A stretch of DNA of 64,000 nt from contig JBEBGD010000007.1 of the NCBI GenBank assembly GCA_040081625.1, forward strand, positions 1 to 64,000, in the 5' to 3' direction. The DNA comes from Chthoniobacteraceae bacterium (GTDB lineage: Bacteria > Verrucomicrobiota > Verrucomicrobiia > Chthoniobacterales > Chthoniobacteraceae). A program made the position numbers and the translations under genes. Below are positions 28,634 to 35,987 of the stretch, piece by piece. The notes under the pieces are model-generated. The model was not told the origin of the DNA. It did not search any database and worked only from the letters and a program-made list of their open reading frames with translations. The first letter of the stretch is position 1. The number at the start of each line of letters is the position of its first letter.

Positions 28634-28716
28634 TCTCCTTCTGCTTCTTCATCTTCATCTGCTTCGCCGGCTCGCAGGCAAAAACAAGCAGATGAAGATT
28701 CAGAAGAAGAAGGAGA
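28634..28716. repeat. 31-bp imperfect inverted repeat of purine/pyrimidine simple repeats
   Basis: 28634-28664 tctccttctgcttcttcatcttcatctgctt pairs with 28686-28716 aagcagatgaagattcagaagaagaaggaga (3 mismatches). Confidence 0.85.
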
Positions 28717-28725
28717 TGATGGCCC

Positions 28726-29103
28726 GTGCCCCACGAAATCCACTACCACTGCCAGCGCTGCACGGCCTGCTGCCGCTGGCCGGGGCAGGTGAAGGTGAGC
28801 GCCGGCGAGATCGCCAGTATCGCTGCCTTCCTCGGCGTGGACGAGGCCGCGTTCATCCAGCGCCTCACCCGCCTACGGACGCAGCGCGACGGCCTCGCGC
28901 TCATCGACAAGCCGAATGGCGAGTGCTTCTTCCTCGACGGTGCCGACTGTAGCATTCAGCCGGTCAAGCCACAGCAATGCCGCGATTTCCCGAACCGCTG
29001 GAGCTTCCCCGGCTGGCGCGAGGTGTGCGAGGCGACGCCAGAGTTGGCGAAGGTGCAACCCGCTGGCGTGTGCCGTGCTAATAAAAGCGACGACAAGGCA
29101 TGA
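28726..29103 (+). CDS. YkgJ-family CxxCxxCC Zn/Fe-chelating protein
   Basis: CQRCTACC, ECFFL..CSIQPVKPQQCRDFP. Confidence 0.88.
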   Translation: MPHEIHYHCQRCTACCRWPGQVKVSAGEIASIAAFLGVDEAAFIQRLTRLRTQRDGLALIDKPNGECFFLDGADCSIQPVKPQQCRDFPNRWSFPGWREVCEATPELAKVQPAGVCRANKSDDKA

Positions 29104-30116
29104 CACCCGAGCGCACCATCAATCTTCTTCGCGTCCTCTTCGTGGTCTTCGCGGGCTTCATCGGCCTGCTGATCGGCGACGAACTTGCCGCTGTGCGCCT
29201 GATCGGCCTCGCGGGCGGGCTCGCCTTCGGGCTGGTGCTTGTGCTCATCGACCGGCTGCTCAAGGGCATCTCGCTGCGCGTCTTTTCCTCGGCCACCTTC
29301 GGCCTGCTCGTCGGCTTCATCTTCGCCCGCCTGCTGCTCGCCTCGAATATCCTGCGCGGACTTCCCGAGGACGCCGAGTGGCTCGCCGGCCTCGCCGTGT
29401 ATGCGGGCTTCGCCTACCTCGGCATGATGCTCGCCGTCCGCAGCAATCGCGATGAATTCTCGCTCATCATCCCCTACGTGCGCTTCCGCCGCGCGACCGT
29501 GCAGGAAGATCCACTGATCGTCGATTCCAACGTCATCATCGACGGCCGGCTGCCCGAGCTTTGCGCGACAGGATTCGTGAGCAAGGCGCTCATCGTGCCG
29601 CGCTTCGTGCTCGATGAACTCCAGCGGCTCGCCGACTCGAACGACCCGCAAAAGCGCGAACGCGGCCGCGCGGCGCTCGCCCGGCTCGAGCAAATGCAGC
29701 GCGACCCCGCGCTCAGCCTCACCATCCATGATGGCGCCGTCGATCCCGACATGGCCGTGGACGCCCAACTCGTCCAGGCGGCGAAGCTGCTCAGCGCGCG
29801 ACTGCTCAGCAACGACGCAAATCTCAACGCCATCGCGCGCATCGACGGTGTGCAGGTGCTCAATCTCCACGACCTCGCGCGTGCGCTGCGTCCGATCGTC
29901 GAGCCGGGCCGGCCGCTCGATCTCGCGCTCGTCAAGGAAGGCCGCGACACGCACCAGGCCGTCGGCTACCTGAGCGACGGCACGATGATCGTCGTCAACC
30001 AGGCTCGCAGCTTCATCGGCCAGACCGTCTCGGTGATCGTCACCTCCACGCTCCAGACCAGCGCGGGGCGCTTGTTCTTCGCGGAGATGAAGCTCCCCGA
30101 GCCCGCTACGAGCTGA
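29100..30116 (+). CDS. PIN/TRAM domain membrane protein (YacL-like)
   Basis: N-terminal TM helices; VDSNVIIDGR, VPRFVLDELQ, RGR, QAVGYLSDGTMIVV, LQTSAGRLFF. Confidence 0.92.
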   Translation: MTPERTINLLRVLFVVFAGFIGLLIGDELAAVRLIGLAGGLAFGLVLVLIDRLLKGISLRVFSSATFGLLVGFIFARLLLASNILRGLPEDAEWLAGLAVYAGFAYLGMMLAVRSNRDEFSLIIPYVRFRRATVQEDPLIVDSNVIIDGRLPELCATGFVSKALIVPRFVLDELQRLADSNDPQKRERGRAALARLEQMQRDPALSLTIHDGAVDPDMAVDAQLVQAAKLLSARLLSNDANLNAIARIDGVQVLNLHDLARALRPIVEPGRPLDLALVKEGRDTHQAVGYLSDGTMIVVNQARSFIGQTVSVIVTSTLQTSAGRLFFAEMKLPEPATS

Positions 30117-30918
30117 CGCGCTCTGCGCCCGCATACACATTCATCGTCCGCCCGCGCACGAATCCGCACAGCGTCACGCCCGCCTCGCGCGCGAACTCCA
30201 CGGCCAGCGAACTCGGCGCGCCGATCGCCGCGACGATCGCGATCCCCGCCGCGTGCGCCTTCTGGATCATCTCGAAGGACGAGCGCCCGCTCAGCAGCAC
30301 GATGTGGCCGGCCAGCGGCGTCCGCTTCCCGAGCAAGGCCCAGCCGATCAGCTTGTCGAGCGCGTTGTGCCGGCCCACGTCCTCGCGCACCGCGAGGAGC
30401 TTTCCGTCGCCGGAAAAGAGCGCGCACGCGTGCAGCCCACCCGTCGCGTTGAACGTCGTCTGCTCGCGCGCCAGCCGTGCCGGCAGCGCGAGGATCGTCC
30501 TCGCGGCCACGCGCACCGGATCGACCAGCGCCTTGCGGCGCTTCATCGCGGAATCGATCGAGGTCTTCCCGCAGATGCCGCAGCTCGACGACGTGAAGAC
30601 GTGCCGAGAGAGCTTCGCGATGTCGAAGGCGGCAGGTTTCGCGAGCGCCGCGTCGATCACATTCTCCGCGCCCGAGCCGCCGGGCGCCACGCAACTCGCG
30701 AGATCGAAAAGATCGCGCGCCGATTTGATCACGCCCTCGGTCAGCAGGAAGCCCGCGGCCAGCTCGCGGTCCTCGCCCGGCGTGCGCATCACGATCGCGA
30801 CCGTGCGACCCTCAACGCGAATCTCCAGCGGCTCCTCGGCCGCCACGAGATCCTTTGCGGCACGCAAACCGGCGCGTGACGTAAGGCGGCGAATGGCGAC
30901 GGTCTTCGAGGCGGGCAT
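30106..30918 (-). CDS. fdhD: Formate dehydrogenase accessory sulfurtransferase
   Basis: EEPLEI, MRTPG, SSCGICG, TGGLHA, REDVGRHNALDKLIG, SGRSSFEM, APSSLAV. Confidence 0.96.
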   Translation of the reverse strand: MPASKTVAIRRLTSRAGLRAAKDLVAAEEPLEIRVEGRTVAIVMRTPGEDRELAAGFLLTEGVIKSARDLFDLASCVAPGGSGAENVIDAALAKPAAFDIAKLSRHVFTSSSCGICGKTSIDSAMKRRKALVDPVRVAARTILALPARLAREQTTFNATGGLHACALFSGDGKLLAVREDVGRHNALDKLIGWALLGKRTPLAGHIVLLSGRSSFEMIQKAHAAGIAIVAAIGAPSSLAVEFAREAGVTLCGFVRGRTMNVYAGAERVSS

Positions 30919-31052
30919 GAGGAAAGGATGGAGGATGAAGGCAGGATGATGAAGCCAAAGCTCGCCATTTCGCTGGCCGCAATCCTGCTCGCAAATCCGG
31001 GACGCCCGCCAATTATCTGCGCACACGCATGAGACCCGCGAAAACCTCGGCA

Positions 31053-32015
31053 ATGATCATCCGTCCCCTGCTCCGCGCGTTCGCAATTCTCGCGGTCTTT
31101 CTCACGGGATGCGTCGAGGAGCCGGCGCCGCGGCTGCGCATCGGCTCATTTCAGCGGCCGGGGTTTGAGCCGCTCTTTCTCGCGCGCAGCCTCGGCTACT
31201 ACGACGAGCGCCGCATCCAGCTCGTCGAGTTCCCCACCGCCGCGGAGATGCTGCTCGCCTGGCGCAACCGCGCGATCGACGGCGCCACCGTCACCACCGA
31301 CGACGTGCTGCGGCTCGCCGCCGAAGGCCAGGCGCTCCGCATCGTCATGGTGTTGAATTCCTCGAATGGAGGCGACGCGGTGCTCGCCAGGCCGGAGCTG
31401 CGCGACATCGCCGCGCTCAAGGGCCGCAAAGTCGCCGTCGAATCCAACGCGCTCGGCGGCTACCTGCTCGCGAGGGCGCTCGATACCGCCGGGCTCACGC
31501 TCGCCGACGTGAAGATCGTCTCCGCCCGCGTCGATCGGGTCGGGCTCGACCTGAGCATCGGCAATGTCGATGCCGTCGTCGCCTACGAGCCGCATCGCAC
31601 GCGGATCATGCGCCAGGGGGTCGCGCAGATCTTCGACTCGTCGAAAATCCCCGGCGAGATCTCCGGCGTATTGATCGTTCCGACACCGCTCGCGGATAAG
31701 CCGACGGCTGCCTTGCGCGAGCTGACGGCGGGCTGGTTTCGCGCGCTCACCTTTCTGCGCCACAACCCTGCCGATGCCGGGGCGCGACTCGCCGCGCGCG
31801 AGGGCCTCGCGCCGGAGCAGTTCCACGAGGCGCTTGAGCTGGTGAAGTTCGCGACCTTTGCGGATCAGCGCCCCGCACTCGGCTCGCCGGATGCGCCGCT
31901 GCTCGCGAACATGCGGCGCATGGCCGACTTCATGGCGCGCGCCGGGATGCTCGCGAGCGAGGCCGATCCCGCACCGCTGCGCAGCGCGAGCCTCTTTCCG
32001 GAGCCGCGTCGATGA
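31053..32015 (+). CDS. NMT1/SsuA-like substrate-binding lipoprotein, no ABC transporter adjacent
   Basis: Lipobox LTGC; PGFEPLFLA, SNGGDAVL, LKGRKVAVE, DAVVAYEP, IFDSSKIPGEI. Confidence 0.85.
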   Translation: MIIRPLLRAFAILAVFLTGCVEEPAPRLRIGSFQRPGFEPLFLARSLGYYDERRIQLVEFPTAAEMLLAWRNRAIDGATVTTDDVLRLAAEGQALRIVMVLNSSNGGDAVLARPELRDIAALKGRKVAVESNALGGYLLARALDTAGLTLADVKIVSARVDRVGLDLSIGNVDAVVAYEPHRTRIMRQGVAQIFDSSKIPGEISGVLIVPTPLADKPTAALRELTAGWFRALTFLRHNPADAGARLAAREGLAPEQFHEALELVKFATFADQRPALGSPDAPLLANMRRMADFMARAGMLASEADPAPLRSASLFPEPRR

Positions 32016-34342
32016 AGTGGCCGCCGCCGCTGCGCGTCTCCATCCCGCTCGTGCTCCTGCTCTTCGCGAGCGCGACGGGCGTGATCATGCTGCGCTACAG
32101 CGCTGAGCTCGAGTATCGCAACCTCGAGGATCGGATGCGCGAGCGCGCGCAATTCGTCGGCACGCAACTGGCCGGTATGTGCTCCTACTTCAGCGAGAAT
32201 CTCGCGCCCTCCGCGTCGCAGCGCGTGATCGCGCTGGCGGCGACCGATCGCGACCTGCACATCGCGCTTCTCCTCAACGCCGACGACCAGGTCCTGCACA
32301 GCACGCGCTACGAACTGATCGGCCGCCCGCTCGCCGGGACGCCCGCAGCTCCGAGCGCGACGCTGATCGCCCGCGCCCGCACCGCGCACGCCGGCGAAGT
32401 CGCCTTCTCCGAAGATGCCCGCAGCATGCTCGGCTTTTTTCCCTTCCCGATCACCCCGCGCACAGGCGGTGCCGTGCGGAATACGGAATTCGGCGTCGTG
32501 TATCTCGAGTTCGATCTCACGGAGCGCAGGGCCAGCATCGAGGCGAACCTCGCGCGCCGCGCATGGCTGGGCGGCTCGGTGCTGCTCGGACTCTGTGCGG
32601 GCTTTTCGCTGCTCTTCGGGCCGCTGCTGAGCGCGCGCGTGCGCCGACTGGCCCGCACCGCGCGCCAGCTCGCGGCGGGCGATCCCGAGGCTCGCAGCGG
32701 CCTGCATGGCAGCGACGAACTCGCGGAACTCGCGCGCGCCTTCGACCAGATGGCCGCCGACATCCAGCACGGCCACGCCGATGTGCGCGAGAGCGAGGCG
32801 CGCTTCCGCTTTCTCGTCGAAGGCATCCCGCAGATTTTCTGGCTCGACGAACTCGACCCCTACCGCCCGCTCTACGTCGGGCCCGGCTTCGAGCGCGTGT
32901 GGGGTCACTCGCGCGAAGCCTTCTACGCGCGGCCGTCGCTTTGGAATGAAGCCATCCATGCTGAAGACCGCGCGCGCACCGCAGCCGCATACGCCGACTG
33001 GACCGAAGGCCGCGCGCCCGCCTACGACGTGACTTTCCGCGTGCTCGGCGCCGATGGCTGCGAGCGGTGGGTCCGCAACCGCGGCACGAGCTTCGATGCT
33101 GGACCGGATGGACGCCGCCGCGTCGCGGGGCTGGCCGAGGACATCACCGCGCAGCGCAAACACGAAGCCGAGGCTGACGAGCTCGAGCGCAAACTCCAGG
33201 AGACCCAAAAGCTCGAGAGTCTCGGCGTGCTCGCCGGGGGCATCGCGCACGACTTCAACAACCTGCTCACCGGCATCCTCGGCAATGCATCGCTCGCTCG
33301 CCAGGACATCAGCCCGTCGAGCCCCGCGCAGCCGCACCTGGAGCAGATCGAAGCCGTCACGCTGCGCGCCGGCGAGCTGTGCAAACAGATGCTCGCCTAC
33401 TCGGGCAAGGGCCGCTTCCAGGTCCAGCGCCTCGACTTGAGCGAACTCGTGCGCGAGACCACGCAGCTCATCCAGCTCTCGATCGACAAGACCGCCGTGC
33501 TGCGCTTCGAGCTCGCCGGGTCGCTCCCGCCCATCGAAGCCGACGCGACGCAAATCCGGCAGGTCGTGATGAACCTCGTCATCAATGCCAGCGAGGCGCT
33601 CGGTGGTAAGAGCGGCGTCATCGCGATCAACACCGGCATCATCCGCGCCGATCGCGAGTATCTCGATCGCACGGTGCTCTCGCCCGATCTGCCCGAGGGC
33701 GACTACGCATTCATGGAAGTCAGCGACACCGGCTGCGGGATGACGACCGAGCAGCAGGCACGCATGTTCGAGCCGTTCTTCACGACCAAATTCACCGGTC
33801 GCGGCCTCGGCCTGAGCGCGGTGCTCGGCATCGTGCGCGGCCATCGCGGCGCGATGCGCGTCTATAGCGAGGCGGGCCGGGGCACCACGTTCAAGGTCGT
33901 CTTCCCCGCCGCTTCCGGCGAAGCCGAGCCGCCACCGACCGAGCGCGCCGCCACACCGTGGTCCGGCACCGGCGCCGTGCTCGTGGTCGATGATGAGCCG
34001 ACCGTCCGCACCGTCGCCGCGCGGATCATCGAGAAGTTCGGCTTCACCGCGATCGTCGCCGCTGATGGGCGCGAAGGGGTCGAAAAATTCCTCGCGCATC
34101 GAAGCGAGATCGTCGCCGTGCTCATGGATCTCACGATGCCGCACCTCGACGGCGAGAGCGCCTTCCGCGAGCTGCGCGCGATCGATCCCGACGTGCGCGT
34201 GGTCTTGATGAGCGGCTTCAACGAGCAGGACGCGATCAACCGCTTCACCGGCAAAGGCCTCGCCGGCTTCGTCCAAAAGCCCTTCAAACCCGAGACGCTG
34301 CGGCGCAAGCTGAAGGAAGCGCTCGAAGGTCCGGTCCTCTGA
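32012..34342 (+). CDS. Hybrid sensor histidine kinase (TM, HAMP, PAS, HisKA, HATPase, REC)
   Basis: DELAELARAFDQM; LAGGIAHDFNNLL; NLVINA, DTGCGM, FEPFFTTK, GRGLGL; VLVVDDE, MDLTMP, KPF. Confidence 0.95.
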   Translation: MKWPPPLRVSIPLVLLLFASATGVIMLRYSAELEYRNLEDRMRERAQFVGTQLAGMCSYFSENLAPSASQRVIALAATDRDLHIALLLNADDQVLHSTRYELIGRPLAGTPAAPSATLIARARTAHAGEVAFSEDARSMLGFFPFPITPRTGGAVRNTEFGVVYLEFDLTERRASIEANLARRAWLGGSVLLGLCAGFSLLFGPLLSARVRRLARTARQLAAGDPEARSGLHGSDELAELARAFDQMAADIQHGHADVRESEARFRFLVEGIPQIFWLDELDPYRPLYVGPGFERVWGHSREAFYARPSLWNEAIHAEDRARTAAAYADWTEGRAPAYDVTFRVLGADGCERWVRNRGTSFDAGPDGRRRVAGLAEDITAQRKHEAEADELERKLQETQKLESLGVLAGGIAHDFNNLLTGILGNASLARQDISPSSPAQPHLEQIEAVTLRAGELCKQMLAYSGKGRFQVQRLDLSELVRETTQLIQLSIDKTAVLRFELAGSLPPIEADATQIRQVVMNLVINASEALGGKSGVIAINTGIIRADREYLDRTVLSPDLPEGDYAFMEVSDTGCGMTTEQQARMFEPFFTTKFTGRGLGLSAVLGIVRGHRGAMRVYSEAGRGTTFKVVFPAASGEAEPPPTERAATPWSGTGAVLVVDDEPTVRTVAARIIEKFGFTAIVAADGREGVEKFLAHRSEIVAVLMDLTMPHLDGESAFRELRAIDPDVRVVLMSGFNEQDAINRFTGKGLAGFVQKPFKPETLRRKLKEALEGPVL

Positions 34343-34432
34343 CGGCGCGCCCACGTGGGAGGCGAAGGAGTGACGGATTGTGCATGACGAAGGGCTCGCG
34401 CATGAGTCATTGATTCATCATTCGTCTTCCCC

Positions 34433-35872
34433 ATGCCCACCGCCCCTCTCGCTCCCGACGTCGAGTCGTTCTATCACCTGCCGCACAGTGAGCATGTCGG
34501 CAAAGCGTGCCAGGGCACCGCGTGCTTTGCCGCGCGGCATTTGAATCCCGCGCTGTGGGACGCGGCGAACGCGCAGAGTCCGCGCGTGTATTGCCTCGGC
34601 GAGTGCTTCGCGGCTCCGGCGAAAGGGCAGACTCATCCGCGGCCGCCGGTGAAGGTTTTCTCTCGCGAAGGCATCGTGCTCGGGCGCGTCGCGGCGGGTG
34701 GCGCGCGCACGCTCGCGGAATACGGCGACTACGCTGCGCTGCGAAAGGCGCGCGCATCTTCGCCCGAGCAAGCGCTCGCCGCGGTCGAGGCTTCGCAACT
34801 GCGCGGGCGCGGCGGCGCGGGATTTCCGGCGGGGCGCAAATGGCGCGCGGTCGCGTCGCAACCCGCGGGCGAAAAATACGTCGTCGCCAACGCGGATGAG
34901 GGCGACGCGGGCGCTTACATCGACCGCTACTTGATGGAGGACGATCCGCACGCGCTCATCGAGGGCATGGCGCTCGCGAGCTACGCGGTCGGCGCGAGCA
35001 AGGGCTACATCTACGTTCGGCTCGAGTATCCGCTCGCTGCGAAAGTCTTAAATGCGGCGATCGACGAGGCGCGCGCGGCGGGATTTCTGGGCAAGGATTT
35101 CGACCTCGAAGTTTATGTCGGCCACGGCAGCTACGTCTGCGGCGAGGAGACTTCGCTGCTGCGCTCGATCGAAGGCAAGCGGCCCGAGGTGATGGCGCGC
35201 CCGCCTTATCCGACCGAGCGCGGGCTCTTCGACAAACCGACGCTGCTCAACAACGTCGAGACACTCGTGAACGTGCCGTGGATCGTCACGAACGGCGGCG
35301 ACGCGTATGCGGCGCTCGGCTTCTCGAAGAGCCGCGGCACGAAGGCGCTCTCGCTCAACTCGCTCTTCAATCGGCCGGGGCTCTACGAGGTCGAGTTCGG
35401 CGTCACGGTGCGGCACATCGTCGAGGAAATCGGCGGTGGCTTGCGCGGTGGCGGCACGCTCAAGGGCGTGATCATCGGCGGACCGATCATCGGCATGATC
35501 CCGCCGCACTTGATCGACACGCCGCTCGGCTTCGAGGAACTCGCGAACATCGGCGCGGGCGTCGGGCACGGCGGCGTCGTGGCGTTCGATGAACACACGT
35601 CCATCCCCGCGCTCGTCGAGCACGTCTTTTCGTTCGGCGCCTACGAGTCGTGCGGCAAATGCACGCCCTGTCGCAGCGGCGCCGGGCGCGTGGAGGAACT
35701 TTTCGCCAACGCCGTCGCCGGCGACGCGACGCGCGCGGACTTGCAGGAGGCGCGCGATCTCGTCGTCGCGCTCAAGCTCGCGAGCCTCTGCGGCCACGGC
35801 ACCGGCCTCGCGCGCTTCGCGGAGTCGATCCTCAATTACTACCCCAACGACCTCGATCCATGCTTCAAGTAG
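34433..35872 (+). CDS. NAD-dependent formate dehydrogenase beta subunit (NuoF-like) with short NuoE-like N-terminus
   Basis: CQGTAC..CLGEC; LRGRGGAGFP, NADEGD, YVCGEET, ESCGKCTPCR..SLCGHG. Confidence 0.9.
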   Translation: MPTAPLAPDVESFYHLPHSEHVGKACQGTACFAARHLNPALWDAANAQSPRVYCLGECFAAPAKGQTHPRPPVKVFSREGIVLGRVAAGGARTLAEYGDYAALRKARASSPEQALAAVEASQLRGRGGAGFPAGRKWRAVASQPAGEKYVVANADEGDAGAYIDRYLMEDDPHALIEGMALASYAVGASKGYIYVRLEYPLAAKVLNAAIDEARAAGFLGKDFDLEVYVGHGSYVCGEETSLLRSIEGKRPEVMARPPYPTERGLFDKPTLLNNVETLVNVPWIVTNGGDAYAALGFSKSRGTKALSLNSLFNRPGLYEVEFGVTVRHIVEEIGGGLRGGGTLKGVIIGGPIIGMIPPHLIDTPLGFEELANIGAGVGHGGVVAFDEHTSIPALVEHVFSFGAYESCGKCTPCRSGAGRVEELFANAVAGDATRADLQEARDLVVALKLASLCGHGTGLARFAESILNYYPNDLDPCFK

Positions 35873-35987
35873 CGCCCTGTAGCCGCGGCGCTCTGCGCCG
35901 CGTCAGCGGCAAACCAACGCTCACCCGCGCGGCTCAGAGAGCCGCGGCTACAGAACTCCCGAACCACGCCACGCCATGCTTCAAGTA
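35858..35987. repeat. REP-like palindrome flanked by a 14-bp direct repeat
   Basis: CCATGCTTCAAGTA at 35858-35871 and 35974-35987; between them arms 35877-35902 and 35928-35953 pair at 24/26 positions (CTGTAGCCGCGGC...GCCGCGGCTACAG). Confidence 0.85.

Noticed and set aside
29100..30116. PIN domain as a toxin-antitoxin toxin
   Set aside because: Membrane PIN/TRAM (YacL-like) architecture with no antitoxin neighbour.
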